Positions 23,973 to 36,557 of a stretch of 64,000 nt of DNA are shown here, in pieces. The DNA is taken from assembly GCF_006345805.1 (NCBI RefSeq), contig NC_042999.1:1302001-1366000 (forward strand). Reading direction: 5' to 3'. This stretch comes from Octopus sinensis (taxonomy: Eukaryota). A program made the translations under genes and the position numbers. Under the pieces are notes generated by a model that saw only the letters and a list, made by a program, of their open reading frames with translations, made no database searches and was not told where the DNA came from. The number at the start of each line of letters is the position of its first letter. The first letter of the stretch is position 1.

Positions 23973-24165
23973 TATGGTTATAGTATATTCTGTTAAGAAC
24001 ATAGTACAGTACAGAATAAAGCTTGTCCACCTTCAGATTTCACCCTGTGCTATACAGTACTAGTATTACACGTACTTCAATGTTTGTGTTTGGTGTTTGG
24101 ACTTCTATCATGAGTGAATAGATAACTGAAAAAAAATTGGAGTCAACAAGAATTACATATATATA
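23735..24165. repeat. Near-perfect tandem duplication (unit about 240 bp) bounded by (TA)n(CA)n
   Basis: Two copies with identical unique parts apart from one substitution (CATGTGG/CATATGG). Confidence 0.9.
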
Positions 24166-24369
24166 TATATATATATATATCATTTTAATGCGTATTTTTA
24201 AAATATTTTTTAATGTATATTATTTAGTATAGAAATTTTTAGTACAATGTTAATAATAATGTCGTTTTAATGTGTATTTTTTTAATGAGTATTATTTAGT
24301 ACAGATAATATCTTTCATTATTAATTGAATTACTTTATCGAGGTTCTGTCTCTTAATTCTATATATAAG

Positions 24370-25295
24370 TGCAGGAGTGGCTGTATGGTAAGAAGCTTGC
24401 TTCCCAACCACATGGTACCGGGTTCAGTCCCACTGCAATGCATCTTGGGCATGTCTTCTACTATAGTCTCAGGCCAACCATAGCCTTGTGAGTGGATTTG
24501 GCAGATGGAAACTGAAAGAAGCTCGTCATGTATGCATGTATTTGTGTGTCTGTGTTTGTCCCCCAACTTGACAACTGATGTTTACGCCCCTCTGTAACTT
24601 AGTGGTTTAACAAAAGGGTCTGATAGAATAAGTACAACCATACAAAGATTAAGTCTTGGGAGCGATTTGTTCGACTAAAGGTGGTGCTCCAGCATGGCCA
24701 CAGTCAAATGACTGAAACAAGAGTATATATATATATTTTCCACCTTGTTTTGCACATGCTCACTTATGTTTGTCTGTCTGTCTATTTGTCTGCCTGTCTA
24801 AAACTACTTTCCTTCCCTGAGCATCTCTTTTACTCTTTTAGTCTTTTACTTGTTTCAGTCATTTGACTGCGGCCATGCTGGAGCACCGCCTTTAATTGAG
24901 CAACTCGACCCCGGGACTTATTCTTTTGTAAGCCCAGTACTTATTCTATCGGTCTCTTTTTGCCGAACTGCTAAGTAACGGAGACACAAACACACCAGCA
25001 TAGGTTGTCAAGCAATGCTAGGGGGACAAACACAGACACACAAACACACACATGCATATATATATATATATATATATATATAAACAAAGATAAATGCGAT
25101 ACAATAAAATTAATTATAATCGCCGGTGTACCAGTACATATATATATATACGATGAGTTTCCGTCTACCAAATCCACTCACAAGGCATTAGGCGGCCCGG
25201 GGCTATAGCAGAAGACACTTGCCCAAGATGCCACGCAGTGGGACTGAACCCGGAACCATGTGGTTGTTTAGCAAGCTACTTACCACACAGCCACA
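24370..25295. mobile_element. Tail-to-tail inverted SINE-A pair
   Basis: Plus copy 24370-24725, minus copy 24828-25295. Confidence 0.8.
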
Positions 25296-25748
25296 TTTAT
25301 TTTATTATAAATGCAAAACAACACCACAGAGGAATCTAAATGATAAAACGCGATAGGTGGACCATGATATGACGAGGATTCTGTCATTCCTTTATTCTTT
25401 TACTTGTTTCAGCCATTAGACTGGCCATGCTGGAGCACCGCCTTTAGTTGAACAAATTGACCCAGGACTTATTCTTTGTATGCCTAGTACTTATTCTATC
25501 AGTCTCTATATATACCATATATGTTAGCCTGAAATTCATAAAAGAAAACTGCATCAGGATAACATACTAAATATTCCGATGATGATAGGAAACCCCAGCA
25601 TAAATTAATAAATTGATGTTTTATTTTCAATAAACGGTTCCAAGTCTAGAAGAAAGGAAACATTCTTGACTGCAAATTGCAAATGAAGAAATCATGTTTG
25701 CTTTTCTTCACCAACTGAAAGTTTTAGTTTTCTTGTATTTTTTTCTAG

Positions 25749-25858
25749 TCAATGCCTCATCATTGTAAATTCCTTTCCTGCTTTTATTCCGCCGTACCAT
25801 ATATAGGAGTTTTTGGTTCTTGCACTGAACGTAGTTATCATCTGGTTGTGACAATTTG
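25749..25858 (+). CDS. Candidate exon SMPHHCKFLSCFYSAVPYIGVFGSCTERSYHLVVTI
   Basis: Strong acceptor TTTTCTTGTATTTTTTTCTAG|, donor TG|GTAAAC; one open frame, phase-compatible with exon 2. Confidence 0.3.
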
Positions 25859-25961
25859 GTAAACATCAACAATAAAAATGTATGCGGTGAAGACAAAAGC
25901 AAAACAAAAAATAAATTGTGTCATGATTCTAATGTAATTTAAAGAAGGAAACTGTTATTAA

Positions 25962-26677
25962 CCATTTCATTACTGTATTTATTCTGAGATGCTCTGTGTT
26001 TCTTTTAATTAATTTTAAATATAACAAAGAATTTAGTAAAATAACTTTGTTATCATTAAGCTAGTGTTAGGAACATAAATTGTGGCTAGGGTTTGGTGGA
26101 AGATTTTAATTCAGAACTTATGGAAACAAGGCATTTGTACTACAGAGCCAGAGGTGGATTTCAGCCTGGTTGGTAACAAAAGGGTTAAAAATATCATGGT
26201 GGCTTTAACCCTTTCGTCAACATAGTTTAATTGAGAAGCTCTGTTTCTTTCAATTAATTTTAAATGTAACAAAGAATTTAGTAAAATAACTTCGTTATCA
26301 TTAAGCTAGTGTTAGGAACATAAATTGGTGGAAGATTTTAATTCAAAACTTATGGAAACAAGACATTTGTACTCAGAGCCAGAGCTGGTTTCAGCCAGGT
26401 TGGTAATGAAACCTGATGTTTTTGAGTAACTCCTCTACTCCTGTGAAATATATTTAACCCTTTAGCATTCAAACTGGAGATATTTGGCCCAAATATTCTG
26501 CCTGGTTTATATTGAAACTGGCCAGATCCAGCTTCTCGTGCCTACCCTACAATGTCATTCTAAAAATAAAAAATCACATCATCAAAATCTTGAAGCTTTG
26601 AGATAACCTAAAATTAATTCAAAACAATGTGAATAAATAAGGATTATGTTTGATAGAGCAATCTGAACGCTTAAGGG
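25962..26677. mobile_element. Cluster of three piggyBac-type MITEs from two families
   Basis: TTAA-CC(C/A)TTT...AAAGGG-TTAA ends; 25962-26184 and 26209-26411 are homologous; 26458-26677 is homologous to 48560-49337. Confidence 0.7.
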
Positions 26678-27128
26678 TTGGTCCATAGAAGGGATTCTTA
26701 TTTCTCTACTGCCCGCAAGGAGCTACACACAGAGGGGACAAACAAGGACAGACAAACGGATTAAGTTGATTACATTGACCCCAGTGCATAACTGGTAATT
26801 AATTTATCAACCCCGAAAGGATAAAAGGCAAAGTCGACCTCGGCAGAATTTGAACTCAGAACATAACGGCAGACAAAATATTGCTCAGCATTTCGCTCGG
26901 TGTGCTAACGTTTCTGCCACAGGTAAAAGATACTCTGACATAAAACTTGTCAAAATAGCATCAGTCATCTTGCAATGCCTGTCACTGGAACTTACTATGG
27001 TAACCAAGAGGATGGCAAAAGTATTCTACAAGCTTTTGTCCTTTAACTCCAATGGTGTACATATATCTCCTTACCATTTTTGAATCTGAGACGTCTATCA
27101 TTTAACAGCATGAGGCAATCGTTATATA

Positions 27129-27336
27129 TATGAAGGAGTGCTGAAAAGTTCCAGGTTTTAAGTGTTTCACAAAAGGCCTGGTTGGAGGTTCAACCTTCCA
27201 AGTTCTTTTACAGGACTTAGAAAAACTGAAGGACCACTGTAATATGTGTGTGAATCTGAGAGAGGGATTTGCTGAATAAGATCTTAACAGTATTTTCTTT
27301 TACCCAAAGTCAAGAGTCTTTCAGCATCCTCTCGTA
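27129..27336 (+). mobile_element. Mariner-derived MITE
   Basis: TIRs TA(T/C)GA.GG..TGCTGAAA; internal GLEKLKDHCNMCVNLREGFAE* resembles a mariner transposase C-terminus. Confidence 0.7.
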
Positions 27337-28239
27337 CACAATATATTCAGGCAAATTAAAATTGAAACCTCTGTACTTCAATTACAAAGGCCTCCCATCA
27401 GCACGGTCTAAAAGCTACACATAGAAACAGAATCGGCTGTAACTAGAATTTGTTTAAGTTTGTAAGTTTAACAATATATCATAAGTATAATGTGATTAAA
27501 CAAAACCTACCTGGGAAAAAGAATTTTATAAATCTTTACATCTCTCTTAGAATCATAATTAATCAATGCCAAAATTTCTATCAAGAATTCTTTAGAAAGT
27601 TGGTGAAGAATTAAGCAATGTTATATTAGAGCATCACTTGAAAGAGTTATGTAGAGATATTTCTTCTTCTCTTCAGCAGCAAACCATTTTCTTTAAGTTA
27701 ACCTTGAACCTCATCTGCATTCTATAGCAAAACAGAGTTCTTCCAGTGTTCCAAACAGAAAATTACAAAACTAGTTTCATACATAAGCTTCGGTAATATA
27801 GCTTTGTTATCATATAGACCGAATTGCAGTCAACAATTCTAGCAAGCTGTCTTCGCAGAATAGATTCCAATAATTGGAAAGTTTATATAGAAGAAATCCT
27901 TACATGATAAATGTGTTGTGGAAATAAAAGAACACAATGAGAGAAGACATATAGATTTATTACTCACGTATCTGTTTCAAAAGACCTACCAATGAGTCGT
28001 ATCCAAAGTTAATAAGAAATAATTTTTGTCTTGTGAGTTTCCCGCATCTAATATTAGGGTTATTGCTCATGGGAACTTTCGTTTTACATTTCCATTTTTC
28101 AGCCTCTCACTGTCTACCGACGCAGCCCTATTTCGTTTTTTACTCAATGTGTCTTTGATTTCTGTGACTATTGATTCCAAGTGTTAGATGTTCTTGATAT
28201 TGTCCCACTCCCTACTACACTCACTGTTTTATACATTAT

Positions 28240-28258
28240 GTATATATATATATATATG

Positions 28259-28320
<62 letters not shown>

Positions 28321-28710
28321 TATATATATGTATATATGTATGTATATAGTATGTATATATGTATGTATATATGTATGTATATATGTATGTATGTATATAT
28401 ATATGAATATATATGTATATATGTATGTATATATGTATGTATGTATATATATGTATATGTATTTATATGTATTTATATGTATGTATATGTATATATATGT
28501 ATGTATATGTATATGTATAGGTATGTATATGTATAGGCATGTATATGTATATATATGTATGTATATGCATGTATGTATATGTATGTATATGTATGTATGT
28601 ATTTATATGTATGTATATATGTATGTGTGTATATGTATGTATATGTATGTGTGTATGTTAATGTGTATATGTTTATATGTATGTATGTATATATATATAT
28701 ATGTATATAT
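28240..28710. repeat. Degenerate (TA/TG)n microsatellite
   Basis: Low-complexity run; source of ORF-track artefacts. Confidence 0.95.
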
Positions 28711-29159
28711 ATTTTTTCCAATGAAATATCTTGGTCATTTATAGATTCCCAAACAATAAAGACATTGAGATGTATGTCTAGAATGCTTCTATTAATTTAA
28801 ATAGACCTATGGGGGTTACAGAATGCATTTTCAATGAAGAGGGAAAAAATGGCTTTTGATTCTGTTTGCAACATTTTGAGGTACATGGTATACGTAACAG
28901 TTAATAAATAGATTCTTGTTATTAAGGAAAATACTCCTACACGTAGCTTGTATTTTAATAATGCATTCAATGGGAAATGTCTTAAATGTGTTAAACATTT
29001 AATCCATGTTAAGAGGGAAAATTGCAAGGTGAAATTAAGAGGGAGATGATATTATTAAATTTGTAGCATCTGCATTCACGGAAGGCAACTAATCAAAACA
29101 TATATACACTAATAAACATACACAAAATGCTGGACCTACAAATACTTACACTCAAACAT

Positions 29160-29196
29160 TCACACACACACAATGTGTGTATATATATATATATAC

Positions 29197-29239
<43 letters not shown>

Positions 29240-29310
29240 GTGGGCATACATATATATATATACGTGTGTGGGCATACATATATATGTATATGCGTGTGTA
29301 TATATGTATA

Positions 29311-29368
<58 letters not shown>

Positions 29369-29500
29369 TATATGTGTGTGCGTGTGTATATATATATATA
29401 TACATGTGTGTATATATACACATGTGTTTATATATCTACATATGTGTGTGTATATATATATACTTATGTGTGTGCATATATATATATATATAAAATATGA
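29160..29500. repeat. Degenerate (TA/TG)n microsatellite
   Basis: Low-complexity run. Confidence 0.95.
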
Positions 29501-29687
29501 CCTCATGTGTACCGTTGGCGATTTTTTTTCCTGTCTTCCCTTCTCTGGATCTTTCCTTCTCCTATGTTTCCGACGAAGAGCTCCGCTCGAAACGTTAAAC
29601 TCTCCTTCTTTCCTTAGCTTCCAATAATACTATATTTGTTCCACGTCCTCGCGTTGTTGTGTTTTTTTTGTGCTTTCTTGTTTGGAT

Positions 29688-29729
<42 letters not shown>

Positions 29730-29955
29730 TACATTTTTTTTTCGATATGTGACCACGTGTGTATTGTTGGCGATTTTCTTTCTCCGTCTTCCCTCCTTTC
29801 CCTTCATTGGACTTTTTCTATATTTCTGATGAAGAGCTCCGCTCAAAAGGTGAAACCCCCTGTTTTTTTTCTTTCCTTTCCTAAGTGTCCAATAACACAG
29901 TACTTATTTCACATCCTCACCTTGTTTTTTCATGCTTGTTCATGTCTGCATTGAC

Positions 29956-29960
<5 letters not shown>
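29500..29960 (+). mobile_element. Two tandem copies of Penelope-like family P2, each with an HHR motif
   Basis: GTTT CCGACGA A GAGC TCC GCTC GAAA CG TT AAAC (29566-29600) and TTT CTGATGA A GAGC TCC GCTC AAAA GG TG AAAC (29823-29856). Confidence 0.7.
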
Positions 29961-29989
<29 letters not shown>

Positions 29990-29993
<4 letters not shown>

Positions 29994-30270
29994 CGACCCC
30001 GAATGGATGAAAGGCAAAGTCGACCTCAGCGGAATTTGAACTTAGAATGTAGCAACAGACGAAATACCTATTTCTTTACTACCCACAAGGGGCTAAACAG
30101 AAGAGGACAAACAAAGACAGACAAACGGATTAAGTCAATTATATCGACACCAGTGCATAACTGGTACTTATTTAATCGACCCCGAAAGGATGAAAGGCAA
30201 AGTCGACCTTGGCGGAATTTGAACTCCAAACGTAGTGGCAGACGAAATACCGCTAAGCATTTCGCCCGGC
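29990..30270 (-). mobile_element. SINE-B dimer
   Basis: Two core units plus head. Confidence 0.8.
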
Positions 30271-31110
30271 CTTAAAATCAGCCTCAAATTCTGTCATGCA
30301 AGTATGATTAAGAACACATTAACACAACAACAACAACAATGTGTAAAATAACAGATCTGTATTTACTAATTGCTGAAAGGTAAGAAGGGAAAACTCAAAA
30401 TTAATAACGAAATTTTCCTTATACACTTTGTGATACATTCGTTGCATGCAACCATAAAACGTAGCAAAAATGTGTAAACCTTCTATATTTTTCAAGGAAA
30501 ACAAAAATAAAAGCCACTATTTCTATAACTACACCATCACTCTGAAAATATGAAAAATCTTAACAAGTTACTTACGTACATAAATCACATTATTTTTAGA
30601 CGTCATGTTTTCTTTCATTCTTAATTAAATTTTATGTTGTGTCCATTTATAGTAATGTTTGCAAGAGACTAAATTAATTATGTTTTACTGTAAAATAAAT
30701 TTTAACACAAGCAATATGCTGAGAGAAACTCTACATTTTAATTCACACATATATACACACATATAAATACGTGGGTGTATGGGTATGTAGGTAAGTAAGT
30801 ACATATGTGTTTGTGTGCATGTGTAGGTGGGTGTGTGGGCATGCGTGGATGTGGGTGTGCATGTCTGTAGCAGGTGTGACTGAGTGGTGAAGACATTTGC
30901 TTCTCAACTGCATGGTTTCAGGTTCACTCCTACTGTATGACAACTTGGGCTAGCGTCTTCTTGTATAGCCAAAGGTTAACCAATTTTGTGAGCAGATTTG
31001 GTAGGTAGAAAATAAAAGAAGTTCATTTATACATGTGTGTATGTTTTTGTGTATGTGTATATATATATATACACACACACATATATATATATACACATAT
31101 ATATATATAT

Positions 31111-31139
<29 letters not shown>

Positions 31140-31142
<3 letters not shown>

Positions 31143-31280
31143 GTAAATGTAATATGTGACAATAATTCGGTAGGCATGATAAAACTCCGAATTTTTTATG
31201 TCGGGGTGGAATTCCCCGCCGCCATCTCTTCAGTTATCCGGCCAAAAAGGCTATGGAAAACCAAGGGACGTAACTCCTGA
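31140..31280 (-). mobile_element. Family P4 copy with HHR-like motif (31178-31239)
   Basis: Reverse complement reads GGATAA CTGAAGA GATG...CAT AAAAAA TTCGGAGT TTTATC. Confidence 0.6.
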
Positions 31281-31679
31281 GCTAATCCCCTGGCACCTTT
31301 TTCGTTCTACCACCTTTTCACAGCAGCTTCTGACCAGTAGTGTTAATTCACCGCTGACAATAGAGAACAGTCATCATATTCCCTTCCATATTGTTTAACT
31401 CTGAGGAGCGTAAAGCTATATAATCAGTTTGTTAGAGAAAAGGGTTAGTGACAGGAAGTGCATCCACCCATAGAGACACTTGTTTCCTGTTGAATTGCCT
31501 CAGACATCAACTAGTTTGGCACAAGAGACTGATAGAATAAGTATGATGATTAGAAAAATGAAAAATAATTGTATCAGTTTGTTTGACTAAAATCCTTCAA
31601 GGCAGTGCCCCAACTTGACTGCAAGTCTAATAATTGAGACAAATAAAAAATACATATATATGTACACGCGCACCATCGT

Positions 31680-31930
31680 TTTGGGATCACCACTACTTTA
31701 TTATCTCCTCTTTCTTCCTAGCTCTCCTGTGTGACCCTTCTGTCCGGCATTCGCCACGATAGATCGCTAGCCACTACACATTCTTTTTCTCTTCTTGTTT
31801 TTTTCTGTGGAAGAGCGTAGGCTGGAAACGTTAAAGACTTTTTTACTTCCCAAGCATTATACTAATATGTATGCTTGTTGTCTACACTACCTGTCTTCGT
31901 CTTTTGTTTTACATTCTGTGAATTCTCCCT
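31680..31930 (+). mobile_element. Family P3 copy, best-preserved HHR-like motif
   Basis: TTTT CTGTGGA A GAGC GTAG GCTG GAAA CG TT AAAG at 31801-31836. Confidence 0.6.
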
Positions 31931-32399
31931 ATATATATATATTTATATATACATATATACCACACACACAAACAGGTGTGAGTGCATTATTTGTAGTTTT
32001 CCTTCAGTGAAATTTAGAAATGGTGGCTTAATTGTTGGTATAACTTGAAGGTTACACTTTAAGGGGAAAAATATTTCTTTCTGTCGAGAATCACCAGAAG
32101 CAATATTGCCATGTTTTGATAAATTCTACTGGAATTTTATTTACACACTTTATATATCTTACGTGCTTTTCAGACATTTTTTTTCTTATATGTTATTGTA
32201 TTGCTTTTAATTCGCTAAGTATTTTTTTATTATGTTTGCTATTGTTAACATTGAAATGATTTATAAATTTTTTTATTGGGTTTTGCTTGTTTACTAAAGT
32301 TTACTTCAATATGGTGGAAAGCAATTTTTTTAAAAATTATTTTATTCTTTTTTTTCATTACCCTAGATTGCAAAAATATATCTGAAACACAAAGAAATA

Positions 32400-32402
32400 T
32401 CC

Positions 32403-32437
<35 letters not shown>

Positions 32438-32608
32438 GTCATATATTTGTACAGAGCAAGAGAGGAGGTGGGGAGAGAGTGAGTGGTGAGGGTGACAGAC
32501 AGTTTGAAAGACAGATGGAAACAAATAGAGAGTTAGACAAATAAAATGAATTAGTACGCACATATACAAATACACACACACACATATACATATATACACA
32601 CACACATA

Positions 32609-32662
<54 letters not shown>

Positions 32663-32948
32663 TTCATATATATATATAAATACATATACATATATACACA
32701 CACACATTCATATATATATATATATATATATATAAATATATATACATATATACACACACATCCATATATATATATAAATATATATACATATATACACACA
32801 CATCCATATATATATATAAATATATATTCATATATACACACACACATTTATATATATATAACACACACACATTCATATATACACACACACATTCATATAT
32901 ATATACACACACACACATATATATATATATACACACATTCATATATAC

Positions 32949-32981
<33 letters not shown>

Positions 32982-32990
32982 ATATGCATA
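32400..32990. repeat. (TA/CA)n compound microsatellite
   Basis: Low-complexity run. Confidence 0.95.
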
Positions 32991-33459
32991 GACAAATAAC
33001 TGACACATGCACCATTCCTCCCACACACAGACACATATATTTCAAAAATATTGTTGAAAACTTCATTTTCTAGTAACGCTTTATAGGATATTTTTTTTGT
33101 TTTTGAATTATTGTTTTCTTCAAAATTGCTTGTTTTTTCTTTTTGTACGTGTTTATGTGCAAGACGGTGAGAAAGAAGAAAGTAAAAGCTACATGTATAT
33201 ATAAATATGTATAAATATATATATGTGTGTGTATGTATGTTGGTATGTATGTATCCATAACGTGAGTGCGTTTGTGTGTAGTTTTCCTAATTTTGTCTCT
33301 GGTTACATATTTGTGTGTATTTTTACACGAGTAAAATTTTCTTCAGCCAATTATTTTTGTACATCAACACTTTTTAAGAAACATTTTAATCATTTTTGCA
33401 AAACTAATTTATTGAAATATCCGAGCAAAACTTTAACACTTCATTTTTGTTGTTGGCAG

Positions 33460-33537
33460 AGTCATGTCCTCTGTTTAGCATGAGAGGCCCGACCCTGAGC
33501 TTGCACTGTATTTACATAGCCTTGAGGTTCATCTGAG
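33460..33537 (+). other. Candidate exon (alternative acceptor at 33479 gives HERPDPELALYLHSLEVHL)
   Basis: Acceptor TTCATTTTTGTTGTTGGCAG|, donor GAG|GTAAAC. Confidence 0.3.
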
Positions 33538-33779
33538 GTAAACAAGCCCCCACACGGCAACAAGGACTGGACCTTTTGGTGGCACAGTGACTGCGGCTTC
33601 ATGTATTTCAATAGTGTAGGTGCAGGCATGACTGTGTGGTAAGAAGTTTGCTTCCCAACCACATGGTTCCAGGTTCAGTCCCACTGTGTGGCACCTTTGC
33701 CAAGCATCTTCTAAAATAGCTTGAAACCAACCAAAGCCTTGTGAGTGGATTTGATAGACGGAAACTGCAAGAAGCCTGT

Positions 33780-34455
33780 TATATCATCATCATCATTTAA
33801 TGTCCATTGTCTATGCTGGATAGTTTGACTGGCGCTGATAAGCTGGGAGGTTCCACCAGACTCCAGGCTGATTTGGCATGATTTTCTACGGTTGGATGCA
33901 CTTCCTAATGCCAACCACTCAGTGTAATGGGTGCTATTACATGCCACTGGCACAGGTGCCATTTGCATGACACCAGTATCTGTCATGACTGCAATTCTGC
34001 TCAGCTTGATGGCTCTTCTTCTCAAGAATGACATAATGCCAAAGGTCTCAGTCATTGCCTCCATGAGGCCCAACACTCAAAAGGAACTCACTCACTTTGC
34101 TTCTGTGAGATGCAACACTCAAAAGGAACATATATCACCATGACATATATATATATATATATATATATCATCATCATCATCATCATCATCGTTTAACGTC
34201 CGTTCTCCATGCTAGCATGGGTTGGACGGTTCGACCGGGGATCTGGGAAGCCAGAAGGCTGCACCAGGCTCCAGTCTTATCTGGCAATGTTTCTACAGCT
34301 GGATGCCCTTCCTAACGCCAACCACTCCGTGAGTGTAGTGGGTGCTTTTTACGTGCCACCTGCACAGATGCCAGGCGAGGCTGGCAACAGCCATGGTTGG
34401 ATTGGTGTATTTTATGTGCCACTGGCACGGAAGCCAGTCGAGGCGGTGCTCGCAT

Positions 34456-34460
<5 letters not shown>
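33780..34460 (-). mobile_element. Two RTE 3' fragments
   Basis: LGL.EAMT coding end plus shared tail at 33780-34110; tail only at 34170-34460. Confidence 0.7.
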
Positions 34461-34486
<26 letters not shown>

Positions 34487-34487
<1 letters not shown>

Positions 34488-34690
34488 TGATAAAAATGAT
34501 AAGACAACAAAAGAAAGAAAGAGACCTTGATATTATGTAAATAGAGGAATTTATCTGTAAATTCTGAATTTATCTGTAAAAAATCTGAATTTTCTAATGG
34601 CTGGATAACTGAAGAGATGGCGGCGTGGATTTCCACCTCGGCATCCAAAACTCGGAGTTTTATCATGGCTACCAAATAATTGTCACATTT
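34487..34690 (+). mobile_element. Family P4 copy with HHR-like motif (34603-34664)
   Basis: GGATAA CTGAAGA GATG GCGGCGTGGATTTCCACCTCGG CATC C AAAA CTC G GAG T T TTATC. Confidence 0.6.
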
Positions 34691-35689
34691 TACATTTACA
34701 GATATATGTGTGTGTGTGTGTGTGTGTGTAGGTGTGTGTGTGTTCGTGTGTATGTGAGAGAGAAGGAGAGAGTGTATGTGTATCTGTTTGTCTTTATGTG
34801 TGAATATAAAATTTTCCATTAAATGCTGAAAGGTATTTTTGAGTTCCTTCCTACGTGCAACCCATGAAACATTCATCACCTCACCCAGTCACCACCCCAA
34901 ACCAGACCAGACCAACAAGCAAGAAGCTTTGACTAAGAACGATTCCTTGAAGCTGCAATGGGATATCTGACATCTTGAGATTATTTCGTAAATAATAATT
35001 ACTTAAACAGGGATGGCCGTATGGTTAGGAAGCTTGTTTCCCAATCATGTAGCTTTGGGTTCATTCCTACCAACAGACCACCTTGGAAAAATGACTTTGA
35101 CTATAGTCCTGGGCCAATCATATTTTTGTGAGTGGATTTGGTAGACAGAAACTGAAAGAAGCCCGTCATATATATATATATATAATGCTTAGCGGTATTT
35201 CGTCTGTCATTACGTTCTGAGTTCAAATTCCGCCGAGGTCAACTTTGCCTTTCATCCTTTCGAGGTCGATAAATAAAGTACCAGTTTCACATTGGGGTCA
35301 ATATAATCGACCTAATCCCTTTGTCTGTCCTTGTTTGTCCCCACTATGTTTAGCCCCTTGTGGGTAGTAAAGAAGAAATATATCTATATATATATATATA
35401 TAGATATGCACACATATACACACACACAGGTGTGTGTTATTTCCCACCACCACTTGATAACTGGTGTCGTTGTGTTAACATCCCCATGACTTAACAGTTT
35501 GGCCAAAAAAGACCAACAGAATAAGTACCAGGCTTAACAAAAAGAAAGGTAAATGTATCAAAGTCGATTAATTCACCTAAATAGTTCTTCAGTGTGCTGC
35601 CTCAGCATGGCCACAGTCTAATGTACATGTGTCTCCTTAACTAGACATTATGCGATGATTGTAAACAAGCATGATTGTTGCATAGGTGC

Positions 35690-35846
35690 AAGAGTGGCTG
35701 TGTGGTAAGTAGCTTGCTTACCTGCCACATGGTTCCAGGTTCATTCCCATTGCATGGCACGTTGGTCAAGTGTCTTCTACTATAGCCTCGGGCCGACCAA
35801 AGCAGCGTGAGTGGAGTTGGTAGATGGAAACTGGAAGAAGCCCGTC

Positions 35847-35891
<45 letters not shown>

Positions 35892-36100
35892 GTGTGTGTG
35901 TGTTTGTTCCCCCCAAATCGCTTGATAACCGATAGTGGTGTGTTTATGTCCCTGTAACTTAGCGGTTCAGCAAAAAGAGACCAATAGAATAAGTACTAGG
36001 CTTACAAAGAATAAGTCCTGGGGGTCGATTTGCACGACTAAAGACAGTGCTCCAGCATGGCCTCGGTCAAATGACTGAAACAAGTGAAAGAGTAAAGAGT
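35690..36100 (+). mobile_element. Full-length SINE-A
   Basis: Head, core, internal (TG)n and (AAAGAGT)n tail. Confidence 0.85.
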
Positions 36101-36504
36101 AATCATCACCATCATACAAGAAATGTTGTTTCCAGTCTTTCATGAAAAATGCCCGGCCCTGGGGGGAAATATAAATCTTGCTTCGAAACAGGTGAGGGTC
36201 AGCAATAGGAAAGGCACCCAGCTGCAGAAAAGCTGCTTCACCAAATTTCACCTGACCCACGAAAGCATGGAAAAATGAGTGTTAAATGATAACCACTCAA
36301 TTGGTCTTCAGATCTTGGTGTGTTTAGTGAAAAGAGGTTTTGGTTTTGGTTTTAAGTTAAAAAAATTGTTGGAAAATGAAGAAAAAAAATTGGTTAACTT
36401 GATTAATTTGTATATTTATTCAATTCAACATTTGTAACATACGGCTCAAGATAGATTTAGCTTCTTTTATCCATTTTTTTTTTTTCTTTTTGTGTTCCTC
36501 ACAG

Positions 36505-36557
36505 GTCAAACGAACACACTGTGTCTCTTTTGTAGACTTATCAAAAATTTAAAAGAC
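36505..36557 (+). other. Candidate exon (53 nt)
   Basis: Very long polypyrimidine tract ending CCTCACAG|, donor GAC|GTATGA; one open frame QTNTLCLFCRLIKNLKD. Confidence 0.3.

Noticed and set aside
27551-28200. Long partly open frames on both strands
   Set aside because: Several stops and a frameshift, no recognisable motif
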